From contig MU057069.1 of NCBI GenBank assembly GCA_013239625.1, positions 1,918,018 to 1,982,017 of the forward strand: a stretch of DNA of 64,000 nucleotides. Reading direction: 5' to 3'. Position numbers and translations under genes: made by a program. Under the pieces are notes generated by a model, which was not told the DNA's origin, did no database searches, and worked only from the letters and a program-made list of their open reading frames with translations. Below are positions 23,638 through 35,656 of this stretch, piece after piece (position 1 is the first letter of the stretch; the number at the start of each line of letters is the position of its first letter). Source of the DNA: Lama guanicoe. Its lineage: Eukaryota.

Positions 23638-23706
23638 CTCCTCAGCTACGGAATCCCTGTAGTGTCTCAGGCTGTGATCAGCAAGCACAAACCAGTGTTT
23701 CTTCCA
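23638..23706 (-). CDS. MPRIP: MPRIP exon 11 (WKKHWFVLADHSLRHYRDSVAEE), PH2
   Basis: Acceptor TTGTAG|TGG, donor GAG|GTGAGC; 69 nt, phase 0/0. Confidence 0.96.
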
Positions 23707-24687
23707 CTACAAGAGAAGGAAGATCAAGACTGGACTCTCACACTTCCTGCTCTGGGGCAACCACAGCCAGAGTCCTGGGGCACCTCCCTGAGCACAGGTA
23801 AAGCAGAGGGCGGGCACCCCACTGCAGGTAGCAGACATACATGGGACTCTGCTCAGGCCGTGGGCAGCCATGCACACATGACCTCTCCCCAGTGACAAGG
23901 CAGCATGGAGAGCCAGAGTGGGCTGCAGGCCGTGGGCTCTCCACCCCACGGAGCTGTGGCTGGTGAGCAGTGCTTTGGAGTCTCAGCCTCAACTCCGGAG
24001 GCTGCAGACAGGGGCGGGGGCCCCAGAGCTGAGAGATGGCCACCTGTGAGCCACAGCCACCCCCTGGCTAACCAGAAGGGCGTGCCCACCTGCGGCCAGC
24101 AGGAGCAAACCAACCAGCCAGACTCCCCAGTCTTCACTGTGAGTAGCAAGGAGGGGGCTTGAGTCTTCAGGCAAGGCCGAGGGGGTTGACACAGAGGAGA
24201 GTGAAGAGGGCATTTCAACACAGTCGCTCAGGAGGCAGGGAGGGGAGCTCGGGCACGTGGGGTCTGGGGCCTCTCAGTCGGACCCGGCCGGCTCCTCTTC
24301 GCGCCTCCGTGGAGGCCTGGCCTCCCGGCCCCAAGCAGCTGCGAGGGGCTTGCTCTTCCCGCTCGAGTCTCCTGGCTCCTCTTAGGCCTGCGGCGGCCAC
24401 GCAGCAATTAAGAGACCAGCAGGTGGGGAACCAGGCCCCGGCTGAGGCCCCCACAGGGTGTGGAGACCTGGCTGTCACACTGGCCGTGGGCAGGTCTGGT
24501 GGGTACTCCCGGCAGCCCCCACCCCCTACCATGCCTCCCCGTCTCTGAGAAGATGGGGTCTCGGCCACAGGGGCTGAGCTGGAGGTGGGGGCCGAGCCGG
24601 TGCTCACGCACCCACTGGGGACAAGGCCAGCTGGCCCTCACACCTGCTTCCTGGCACCTCAGGGGCACAGCAGGCCCTGACACTCAC

Positions 24688-24744
24688 CTGGCCATCCTCA
24701 TACTGTTTGGTCAGCCAGCCTTTCTTGAAATTCAGCAGGTCGGG
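24688..24744 (-). CDS. MPRIP: MPRIP exon 10 (PDLLNFKKGWLTKQYEDGQ), start of PH2
   Basis: Acceptor TCTTAG|CCC, donor CAG|GTGAGT; 57 nt, phase 0/0. Confidence 0.96.
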
Positions 24745-26189
24745 CTAAGAAAGGGAGGAAAAACAGCAGTTCAGAGGAAAGTGCTGTGGTGTCCCAGCTG
24801 TGGGCAAAGGCTGACTGATGAGGCAGGCATTTCTCTCCAGAGGAGGTGGCACCTGGAAAGGGGGCTTCTCCACCTGCCAGATATGCCCGCGTGGCCTCAG
24901 CCCTGGCAGGCGCTCTCTGGGGACCCTCCACTGCACGCATCTTTGAGGGAGACGCGGGCTCGGCAGATGTAGGGGGCTGCCCTGCGAGCAGCACAGCTCT
25001 GAGAAGCCCCTGATCCATCTGTAGGGCCGCCTGGGCAGCAGAGAAGAGCAGCCCAGACAGAGGCGCTCCGTGTTCACGCGGACGGGAAGATGTGCGACGA
25101 TGGCTGAGAGCAGGGCTGAGCTGCTCTCGGAGAAGCCACAGGAAGACTGAGAGCAGAAGACTGAGCAGAGACAGCACCTGGCGCGGAGCAAGACGCAGCA
25201 GTAAACCTGCCAAGACCCGCAGGCCACTGACCTGTCAGGACGCATCTGGGTCTCCATCTCCCTACAAGAAGCAGGACCAGGACAGCCGGCCCTGAAGAGG
25301 GCAACGTCCCTGCCGGTCCCGCCGAGCCCTGCGCACCAGGGCCTGGGGAGCAGCCTGAGAACCCCTTCAGGGCCCCCGTGGCCCACCTGAGCCTGGCTGT
25401 GCCACACACCTGGTGGCGGCAAGGCCAGTGTGCAAAGAGACGTGGGCCGCCCTTACCTTCAGCCCACGTGCCCTCCACTTTGCTATCGCCATCCTGACCA
25501 GAAACGGGCTGGGACGTCTTCTCACGTCCCAAGGACTGGGAGGGAGTTCGCGAGGACAGGTGCCACATGTCAGGACCACAATCAGCCACACGTGTTCTGG
25601 GAACCTATGCTCCCAGCCCTCAAGCGAAACCCAGACTCAAGGGAAGCTCAGTTTCCTCCAGGACAGAAACTGATCTGCTGCCCTGGCCTGGGGATGAGCA
25701 GCACCAGCTCCGGGCTCCTCAGAAGGCCAAGGACAAAGCGGAGGAGCCCAGGAGAGCAGCTGTCCTCACTCCCGGGGCTCTGACTTGCACACAGGGCTCC
25801 CTGAGGGAGGGACAGTCCCACTGGACTCATCTGACCATGGCTCCTGTGCCCTGGAGCAGAGGCCTCACTCCCTCTGGAGACCCCACAAACAACACAAGCG
25901 TTGAGCAAGAGGGGGCTCCTGCCTCCAAGATGTCCCCAAACCAACACTCCAACAAGAAGAACAGAAGGTCCCAGCTGTGGCTCTGGGCCCCTGGAGCCAG
26001 AATTCCGCTGCCCTGGCCAGGTGGCCTCCTCCCCTGGGGACCTCAGAGCTCAGGATGGCCACGTAGCCCAGAGAGGGGGCAGAGTGGGGACAGCCAGCAG
26101 AGGCACGGGAGAAGCAGACAGAGAGCCCAGGTGACAGAAGCGGCGGGAGCAGCGCCTCCAGCCCTCGGAGCACGGGTGCCTGGGCTCAC

Positions 26190-26294
26190 CGTCAGGGAGG
26201 ACTCCGTGGACCTCCTATCCAGGGACTTGGCTCTTCGGTGTGGAGACAGTGGGGAGGCCGAGGCTTCCGGGAGAGGAGCATCGCTGGGGAGGTC
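26190..26294 (-). CDS. MPRIP: MPRIP exon 9, cassette type (DLPSDAPLPEASASPLSPHRRAKSLDRRSTESSLT)
   Basis: Acceptor CCACAG|GAC, donor ACG|GTGAGC; 105 nt, phase 0/0. Confidence 0.92.
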
Positions 26295-26933
26295 CTGTGG
26301 CAGAGAGCAGCCCCGGTCAGTACAGCCAGCCCCTCGGCAGCCAGGCTGCTATCTGGGCTCCCTCGGCCCCTCTGCCAGAGTGCAGACAGGGCCCGCGGTG
26401 GGCTTGGAGCCTCCCTGAGGATCAGAGCAGCCTTCTCTTCAGAGGCACCAGCCGCATCACTCTCCCGGTCCCCATCTCCCCCGGCCTCATAGGGTCACAG
26501 AGGGAAGACGCCGGGCCCTGTGCAGAAAGCAGCAGGGCACCTCCGAGCCCAGAGAGAAGCAGGGAGTAAGATGAAGGTCGGACCCGGCGGGCAGCCCAGG
26601 AGAGGAGGGATTCAGAAGTGGAATCCACCTGGCGGACGGAGCAGAGATGCGGGCCGTGGCCACTGCCCGGAAGACAGGAGGAAGGTATTCAGCCTCGAGG
26701 CCGGAAGGCCCCAGAGAAGAAGAGAGAGGCTCTGACACCCTGGGATGGAGAGCTTGTTAGAGCGGCCCTCAGCGGAGACGCACAGAGTTCTGAGCAGAAG
26801 ATGCACAAGAAAGGCCTCGCCCTTAAGAAAGTCACTCATTGGAGATGAGACACGGAAGTAAGGAGAAACGGGGGCAGGAAGCCCGCGGAAGCGCATCCAG
26901 GCGCACAAGGGTCTCGGGAGCCCGAACGCTCAC

Positions 26934-27075
26934 CCGCTTCCTGGGGGGCACCCTCTTCTCGCTGCGGCCCTGGCGTGTGTCACTGGATGGTGAGGACCCA
27001 GCCGACGAGTTGGTCTCCATGTGCTCTGCCTTCTCGATGTCCAGGGCCTCAAACTTCTCAATGACCTGGGACCTC
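26934..27075 (-). CDS. MPRIP: MPRIP exon 8 (RSQVIEKFEALDIEKAEHMETNSSAGSSPSSDTRQGRSEKRVPPRKR)
   Basis: Acceptor TTGCAG|G, donor CGG|GTGAGC; 142 nt, phase 2 to 0. Confidence 0.96.
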
Positions 27076-30000
27076 CTGCAAAAGAGGGCATGAGGCTGCT
27101 CAGAGGGAGACAGGGTCCCCCGCAGCTGGGGGTGGGCGTGGTCGAGACACACATGGCCTCAGCCGACGCCCCACGCCTGGCCCACCCCAGCTTCCCGGGG
27201 CCACCCTCCTGCAGGGCATCGGCCGTGCATACCACTTGCTCGGCCAGCTCACCGCTGACACCCTGCTCCCTCTGCCACCACCGTGGAGGGTGGGCTGCGC
27301 AGGGCTGGCAGCCGCTCACAGGCAAGGCCCTTCCTGCTGCCAGGCCTGTCTTTGCCCTCTGCCCCACACTGCACCCACAGAGGAGGCCCCCGCGTGGTCT
27401 GTTGTGCTGACACACTCGGCAATCACAGCTCGTCACCCGGCATCCTTGCCCGAGCCACAGACACGATGGAAAGGCAGCCACCACCTTGGAGGGCACGGCC
27501 TCCGTCCTCATGCTCCTCAGAGACCATGATGCAGCCCCCACCCAGGGCATCCAAAATTTAGCAAGAAAAAGGCCCATGAATTAACATTGTTTCTGCCAAC
27601 AGTAAAAAGAATCAAATCCCAAATTAAAATAAAAACAAGCAAGTTGATTTCGTGTGAAAGGGCGGGCGGCATCGTCAGGCCATCTACGGCTGGAGACGGA
27701 GCTGAGATGGGAGCGAAGCAGGCGGAGGAGGGGCGAGTAACGTCACAGCGACACAGCAGGAGAAGGTGGAGAGGGGCAAGACCTGAAAGAAAATAAGGCT
27801 GGAAAATGAATACACAGGAAAGGACTGCTTCTAAAAATCAAATAATGGTAAATCAAAATTATCTGGAGAATTAAAGAAACGAAAACCCAAGGTGATCACC
27901 AAGGAGCGAGACTACTAGTCTCTGAGTCATGAGCAGTGTGGGTGCCCACATGTCACTGGGCCAGGGGCCTGTACTCCTGAACACGCCAGGCAGGCACTGA
28001 GGTCGCCTCGCAGGGAGGGTGCTCCCTGATTCTGGACAAGTGGCAGAGTCGAGAGGAGCAGGCAAGGGCCGGCCGCTGAGCCCAGAAGACTAAAATCTCC
28101 TCCCTGAGAAGAAGGGAGGACACGGCTCGCATCCTGAGACCCCAGAGGCCAGCTTTCCCTAGGGAGGGTGACCAGAAGTGGCTCTCTTAGGGATTCTTCC
28201 TCAGGAAGGCCCAACACCCAGAGCAGAGCTCTCAGGCACCCGGATCCCACTCTCCTGTGCTTCCCCAGGAGCCTGGAGTCTCCTCCAGGAGCAGAGCTGC
28301 CCCAGTCCGGCCCTGAGGCCAGTGGTGCAGGCGCGGCTGGGAGCGGCAGGAGAGGGTGGGCTGGGAGCGTGGGAAGCTGGGGTGGCGGCAGGAGAGGCCA
28401 GGAAGCCCGAAAGCGCTCGCGGTGCTCAGGCTGGTCGGCAGCGGAGGCCCCCTCTGTGCCCGACCGTCCTGGTGGGTTTAGGCAAGATCCCAGCCCACTG
28501 CAGGCCTCCAGGCCGCCCCGTGAGGAACAAGAGCTCTTCCACGGACCCCGAGGACTAAAAAACCCCAGGAAGGCCTTGAGGAGCAGCGCCTGGCCAAGTC
28601 CCACATGAATCGCAGGCTGCAGGATGGCCGGGGCCGCAAGAGGAGGCTGGTGAGAGGAGAGGACAGTGGCACCTGCAAGGGCTCTGGTGAGTCAGCCAGG
28701 GCTTACTGTGCAAAGTGGGACCTTTTAAACATGGATCCCAGGAAGTGCTGCAGTGTGACAGCAACGGCCTCCCTGTCCCCAGGCTCTCAGCCGAGGGGCA
28801 GTGGGCCTGCAAGTGCTGGCCCTGGTGTCAGTCACCAGCAGTTCAACCAGGGCCACGGCCGCTCCACCATCCAAGAGTCATTCTAGCAGCCCTGTGGCCA
28901 GTCTGAGGATTGCCTCGGGGCCATGGCTTGGGAGGAAACCAACCGGAGGTCCCCCAGTCAGGCTCCTGGGCAGCTGTGGCCGACGTCCTGCCAATCCGGG
29001 GTTCTACTCTACACCACCGGACACGGGGATCAAACCAGCACTGGGTGGGCTACTCGGGACCAGAAAGCAGGCCTCGGAAAGTGACAGCAGCCAGTCAGAC
29101 GGTATCAGGGTCAGTAAGGAAGTGACATTAAGCGTTAGGATGCAGAGCCGATGGGCCCCCCAGAGAGCAGCACCAGGTGAAGGAAGCCCATCCCCAGGAT
29201 GGCAAAGAGCAGGCGGAAAGCAAAGCCCGAGATGCTATGTACCCAGGCCCCAGCTGAGGGAGCTCCAAGCCAAGCAGGTGTGCTGAATGTTAATTCTTTG
29301 GTCACCGCCAAACCAGGGCAGGCCACCCGCTTGGGGGCCTCCAGGACACAGCAAGAAGCCCACCGCCCGGCCCACCAGCCTCCTACTTCACTTATACGTC
29401 AGCGCGGTAAGGACAGCCTCGGCCCGTCCAGGATCCGGCCTGGGAGCAGGGCCTTCCCAGTCACGGGCCTGGCTGGGGGTCTGTGTCGCGGCGCTGCTGA
29501 ACTAGGCTGTTCTTGTGAGGAGGCCCCCTGCTTCTGGGCCTCCATCTCAGCCCTGCATACAGGGAGGCCACGCACCTCCCGGGGTTACTAATGAAACGGG
29601 TGGGCAGACGTGGCTTGGAGGGCTCCTCCCCAGCACAGTCAGCTTCCCTCCCCTCTCCCCAGGCCTTAGGCGTCTCCTGTTCTCTTCTGTTTCCACATGC
29701 TTTCCTAACTCAGGAGAGGACACCCAGGGGAGCGGTGGGTAGTAAGAAGTAAGGGTGCAGGAGAGCAAAAGCAACCTGCTCCCAGCCGGCCCCTCGCAGG
29801 AGAACCCAGGGCCACCCTGTCCGTCCCCGTGGTGTGCCCCAACCTTGAGCTTGGTGGGGGAGGGGGTACAGAGGACACTGCAGACACTTCTGGAACTTGG
29901 GTCTGAACTTCTTCTGGGAAAGCAACTTCTCTGAGAAGTTGGAAACTAATGAGAACTATGGATTTTCTTCTACCCCCAAAAGGTACATGGACCCTCGAAT

Positions 30001-30432
30001 CATTTCAAGAGGTTCACAACAGGCCGGCAGCCTACACACACACCTGGTCGAGAGCCCTGCCACAGGGCATGAGCTCTGATTACAGACTCAGGGGTGGAAG
30101 CTCCTACTGGAAGGGGCGCTTGGGCACTCTGGTCCAGGCCAGAGTGGAGGCCACAGAGACAACCCAGATCCTTCCCCAGCTCCCGGGAAAGTGCAGGGCC
30201 AGGGGAACAAGAAGAGGGAAGGGCCTCCTACCCTCAGACCACCATCAAGTCCCAGACCCTCGGTCCCTGACTCTCCCAGGCACACGTATGTACGTGAGAA
30301 GGGAGGAGAGGAAATGTGTGTGTGTAAAGAACGTGATGGTGTCCATGTGGGTACATGAGTAAGAAAACGTGAGGGTGAGGAGTGTGTGTGCACACGCGCC
30401 TGCGAGCCTTCGGCCTTGAGTACCCCCCTTAC

Positions 30433-30786
30433 CTCCGCTCGTGGCCAAACAGACGGGCCACCTCTTCCCTGCCAGGGCTCCGGGCCCGAGCCCCGCGCTC
30501 CAGCCGCCTCCTCTCCACCTGGAAGGCTTCTCGGTGGCTGATCCTGACGGCCTTGGGGACGTCGGCCAGGGTGGCATACTGCCTGCTGGCTTTAAAGGCA
30601 GAGGCGGGCCCCAGTCTCTCCGCTCCCCGCCCCCCAGCGCTGCCGGAGTCCACGCGGGCTGGAGGCTGGCTGACCGCATCCAGGGAGCTGAAGGAGCTGC
30701 TGCAGACCCTCCGGCCGGGGGGCCGAGGACCTGGGGAAGTAAGGGGATGATCAAGCTCCTGGGAGGGGGGGCCAGGGCCACTGTAC
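30433..30786 (-). CDS. MPRIP: In-frame 354-nt (118 aa) extension of MPRIP exon 7 through an alternative 5' splice site
   Basis: ORF 30429..30920 stays open past the proximal donor (AG|GTACAG) to a stronger distal donor AG|GTAAGG in the same phase 2. The in-frame stop is the TAA inside that donor. Confidence 0.85.
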
Positions 30787-30946
30787 CTGCTGTTGGGGGT
30801 GCTGGGGCTGGGAGGGGAGAGCGGCGGGGGCAGCTGCTGCTCCTCGGCCTTCACGTCCTGCTTGGTCTTCTCCAGGGAGAAGTAGCCACTCTCCACCCGG
30901 ACTTTGCGGCCACAGTCCATGCGGTCACCGCTTGGGGCGCTCTCCT
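30787..30946 (-). CDS. MPRIP: MPRIP exon 7, short form (ESAPSGDRMDCGRKVRVESGYFSLEKTKQDVKAEEQQLPPPLSPPSPSTPNS)
   Basis: Acceptor TTCCAG|AG, donor AG|GTACAG; 160 nt, phase 1 to 2. Confidence 0.95.
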
Positions 30947-32016
30947 CTGGAAGGGAGGGGACAGGAGACGCTCAGCCTGTGTCCACCTGTGGTTCTGAGG
31001 ATCCTTCAAAAAGCCGCACAGTCCAGCAGAGGCTACTTCCTGACCTCCCACCTCCAAGGCTGATGAGGCCGCCCAAGGGCAGAGCCCCGGGAAAGCAACA
31101 AAACACCTTCCCACTCGGGTGCCCCTGCAACAGCGCTGCCCCTCTGCCAGATGGTTGGGGGTCCCTCAGCTTCAAGTCTGAGGGCTCAGCTGGGAGAGCA
31201 GTACTCCCCCCAAATAGAGAGGTCCCGCCCACTGAACACCAGGGAGAAATCCAGAGGCCAACTTGCCGTTCACCTTTTGGCCCATTTTTGGAGAGGGAGG
31301 GACAGAGGACCTTTGTGGGGACGAGAGGAGTGAGTGGACTCTGGACGTGGATGGGTGTGTGCCTGCAGGACCTTCTGCCCAGGGCTGGTATGAAACATAT
31401 TTTGCCTGAAGGAGCTGGGTCAATTCATCTGTCCACTTGTCTCGAGTGATTTGGACACACACGGGGAAGTCAGCCTGTGTCCTGCAGAGCCCTCTAGGGC
31501 CTGGATGAGGAAGGCCAGACTACCGCCCTACCTCTGCTCAGGCAGCTCCAAAGTGCCAGGTGGAGAAGCAGGGTGCTGCCGGCCGCGTGCTCCCCCGTAC
31601 CTCCCTCCCTCCCTCACCTGGGCCTGGGCAGGACAGCCTCCCTGCTGCTGCTCTCAGACACAGTGGGCTTCCAGGGGAACACAAAGCAGCCACAGTGGGC
31701 AGGAACGGAGGCCCCTTGTCACAGAGCATCTGGATTCTCGGGACGCCTGGGGCTCACAAAGCATGTGCAGTCTTCCTCCTTTACAGGGGGCACTGAGGAG
31801 CTCTAGGGGCAGGGGCAGGGGCCAGGCCGAAGCCTGGGGATCCTGGTCCCACACCAGGCCAGTCCCTGCCCAGGGCTGAGGGACACAGAAGGTGAGGGAG
31901 CCTGGGGCCCGGGACTCATAGCCAGGCCCTGCAGGCCCCCAGTCCCAGGGCCAGCTCTGTCAGGAGGCCTGCTCCAGCGCTAAGAGGTGGGGCACCAGAA
32001 GATGGGCACCACTTAC

Positions 32017-32227
32017 CGTCTCTGCTCTCCAGCCCAGGCTCCCTCAGGGTGTTGGCAGCAGGGGGCTGGCTCTGGCTAGGACTCTCAGCTGGACTCAGGC
32101 CGCTCCCATCTGTCTGGTCCTTGGCCCTCATTTCTTCCTGCCAGAGTGTAGACTTGGTGGTGGGGACTTTCTCAGCACTGGGGATGCTGCTGCTGCTGGT
32201 GACAGCCATCTTGGCTGGCCCTGGCTC
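32017..32227 (-). CDS. MPRIP: MPRIP exon 6 (EPGPAKMAVTSSSSIPSAEKVPTTKSTLWQEEMRAKD...GLESRD)
   Basis: Acceptor CTGCAG|GAG, donor G|GTAAGT; 211 nt, phase 0 to 1. Confidence 0.96.
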
Positions 32228-35200
32228 CTGCAGGGGAGAGCGGTGTCTGCGGGCGTGGAGCACACAGCCCAGGCCGGCGCCCAGCTCACCGGCTACAGGG
32301 GACACCAAGGTCAACTACAGTGGCAGAGGCCTGGAGTCCCCAGAGGCTCAGAACAGAGATGTCCAGGCCAGGCTGGAAGCTTTTTCTCCTCTGCAGCCCC
32401 AGCCAGCACCCAAAGTATCTATGCAAGCTGGATGGGAGCCTGGAGCCCCGGTGGGAACCCACGCCAGAGCTGGTGCTGCTCCGGCAGAGACGCATTTGTG
32501 CAGGAGGTAATTCGCCAGACACAGGGAGTACAAAGCCAGAGCACACAGAGCAGTAACTCCACTCTGTGAGCCTAGAGCCCAGATAGAGGCAGGGCTGGGA
32601 TCCCTGCCATCCTGCCCCTGCTCACACCCTGGGCCCAAACCCCTGCCCACCCAGGGTCCTGAGGTGCCTGACAATGAGGGGCTGCCAGCAAGATGGCTTT
32701 GGGTGCCCACAGAAGTGAGGCACACCCCAGCTGTCTTCCCAAAAATGGAGGTACAATGTAAAAATGCTCCCCCCCACTCCCATCCTGGTGGCCAGGCCTC
32801 ATTTTCAGAAATGTCCCCTGAACCATCTCTGAATGGGCCCTTGGCAAGGGTGACAGATCCCCTCACCGGTGTGTGCATGAAAGACCCCCGTAACCCCTCG
32901 GTTACTTGTTCAGTCACGTCACATCGACCGTGGGCCGCGTCTGGCTCGCACTGCACCCGTCAGTGCTCACTCACCATTTCACGGGTGAGGCCGCCTGGGC
33001 TGGTGGGGAGCGGCCCATGCTCGCACGACCAGGAGGCAGATTAGGGCTCTGAGCACTTTCCATCACCCCTGGAGTAGGAGGAAGGCCCGGGAGGGGCTTC
33101 ACCTCGCACAGCACCCGTGAGGACCCACCAGGGGGCCAAGTACCACACGCTGCAAAGACGACGGGCATTTCCCAGGGCCCAAAGCCTCCCTTAGCTTTCA
33201 AGGATCTCAGGCCTCCTGGGACGGGACAGAGCCAGGATGGCTCTTCCCACAGACCCAGGACACGCCCAACCGCCCATTTGGTCAGAACTGTTCATAGACC
33301 TGACTCTGCGGCTGCAGATTCCCGAGAGCTCTGGCCCCCCACGGAGGAAGTGGACTTCTCAAAGAACATGGCATCGGTTTCAGACCACTTCCCGAGGACT
33401 CCAACCGCACCGGCCCCAGGGGCCCCTGTTCCTCACTCAGCACACCGCCCTCGCCCACACACAGCGGCCGTGCTCCCCGTCAGCGGCGCCTCTAGGTCTC
33501 CTTGTCGTGCCCCCTCCCAACTACCTGGGGCCTCTGCTCGGAGGCCAGGGGCTGGACACGGCTCTGCTGGGCTTCCTTCTGCAGAGCTGAGTGAGGGTGA
33601 CCTGAAGACCACTCTCAGTGAGTCCATCCCCTCTGTGGAGAGGAGGCTGGACTGAGGGAGACAAGCTACCAGAAAGGGCCAAGGAGGAAGGGGCAGATGC
33701 TGTGCCCGTGATGACAGCGGCCCTCTCTGTTGGCACCCTCAGCCCCACGCTGCCGGTGAAGGGCCCTGGCACGCGCACCCCTCTCTGATACTCAGAGTGA
33801 CCCCAGCACCGGGTAGGGGCTGGGGCGGCCGGGATCCCCAAGAGGCAGAGGAAATTCCAGGCCTGAGGTGCAAGGCGCTGTGATGGGGGCTCGGGGAACA
33901 CGTGTGTTTCCCAGCACCAGGAGGCCACAGACCTGCCTCCCGGGCCTGGGCCCCCAACCTTGGCCAGGCTGGCTGTACCACAGATCCCTCCCAGCGACCA
34001 TTTCTGGGGACTCATCCCAGAGAACAAGGGCCCTGGATGGCAGCCAAGGTCCACAAAGAGTTCTTTTTCTCTCCTTTGGTAGCCCTGCCTTCTCTCACCT
34101 CTATGCCAAGCCTCATCAAGTCAGCGGGGACAGAGGGACAACCCAGTAGCAGAAACAAAGCCATGCTGGCCTCTAGGAGAGGGCGGCGGCGGGGGCCTAG
34201 TTTCTGGGCAGAGTTGCTTCTCTTCTCCAGAGCAGATGGGTGGAGAGCAGATCTCGCACAGACCAGGCCTGGGCTGCCTGGCACCACCTCCACACTGCAC
34301 ACTGTCACCACTGCAAGAGGCGTGCCAGGACCCACAATGACACGGACCCCAGGTGCCTGTGCAAGAGGAGTGGAAGCCTAGGGTCCTGTGGACTCATCTC
34401 CGTGGCTGGGATGGCTGCAGACTCAGAGCCATCAGTGCCACAACAGAGTCTGCGCTTTTCATGTGGCTGTTCAGAAAGGGTCTGCAAAGCAGGGCAGGAA
34501 GGCAGGCCCCAGTGGAGGCTCCTGTCTAGAAGGGTCACAGAAAGCCTTCCTTTGCACCTCCGGAGCATGAGCACTGAGCCAGGGCCCAGTGAGAAGCAGG
34601 GTTCTGACCCTGAGTGGGTGCAGCAGGCACCCAGTGGAGACGGGCCGGGGGTGGGAGATGAGGGGAGCCACCACCTGAGCCCCGGCCTGCGGCCTCGCCC
34701 AAGCCCCAGGCTGGGGTCTGGGGGAGGGCAGCAGAGTCGCCACCACTCCTGCCCTGGTCAGGCCCCGGGTGGACTGCTCCTTTTCTTGGGGAGGGCAGTG
34801 GGGTTGCCATCACTGCGGCCCTGGTCAGGCCCTGAGTGGACTGTTCCTTTTCTGTAGGCATCTCAGCACCAGGCAGTCTCTCCCCTGAGAGGAGCTGGTG
34901 CCTCTCAGACTCCAGGCTTTGGAGTCTCTGTCTCCTCTCCCTGCCCAGGGTCTGTTGGGACTCCCACCCCGATGCCTGCTCCTCATCCTCCCTCCGCCTG
35001 ACGTGGGGTGCATGCACCTGCCACGGTCCCAATTTCCAAATGCCAGAACACCCTTCTTGAAGTGGGACCCTGGGCTCTCCTGCTTGACAGAGCCCCTGGA
35101 GGGCAGGGTGCAGCAAGGGACACCTCCAGCCCCCATTGGTCTAATCTGACACTCTGGGGCCACAAGAAAGAGGCTCGGTCTGGAGTCTTGGGTTCGTCTC

Positions 35201-35646
35201 TGTAGGGCCCCCTAAGGCATTAGCCTTTCCCCACAGCGCCCTCCCAGGCTGCAGAGAGAGGCCTGCCTGAGACCCCCAGCCCTCCTCTGGAGAGGCCCCA
35301 CTTCACTCCACGAGACTGACTCCCAGGGGAACTGTCCCTGATGAAGGCTCACAGCCTCCAGAAATCAGCTGCCTCTAACGTGATGCTCGGGGAGTAAGAG
35401 GCAACAGGAAGAGAGCTCCCGCCCAGAGGCTGAGCGGAGGAGGCTGGGACCCCAAGTACTCCGGGTTCTAAGAGGCCCTCAGGGAAGTGGGTGATCTCCC
35501 CACCCTGCGATCACAGGGTTCCTGCTACCAACCCAAAATGTGAAAGTGTCTTGGGGGAAAGGATGTAACAGGAAGGGACAGCTGGGAAGCAGGGACACAA
35601 CCAAATTCCCTGGTCTGGGCCAAAAGTGTGTTCGCACATGTCCTTG

Positions 35647-35656
35647 CCTTATTTGG
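35647..35656. promoter_or_regulatory. CArG box CCTTATTTGG (candidate SRF site), intron 5
   Basis: Exact CC(A/T)6GG match; the motif alone does not show function. Confidence 0.3.

Noticed and set aside
25567-26418. 283-aa + strand ORF
   Set aside because: Low-complexity P/G/R/S composition typical of GC-rich intron, partly antisense to exon 9, with no recognisable domain.
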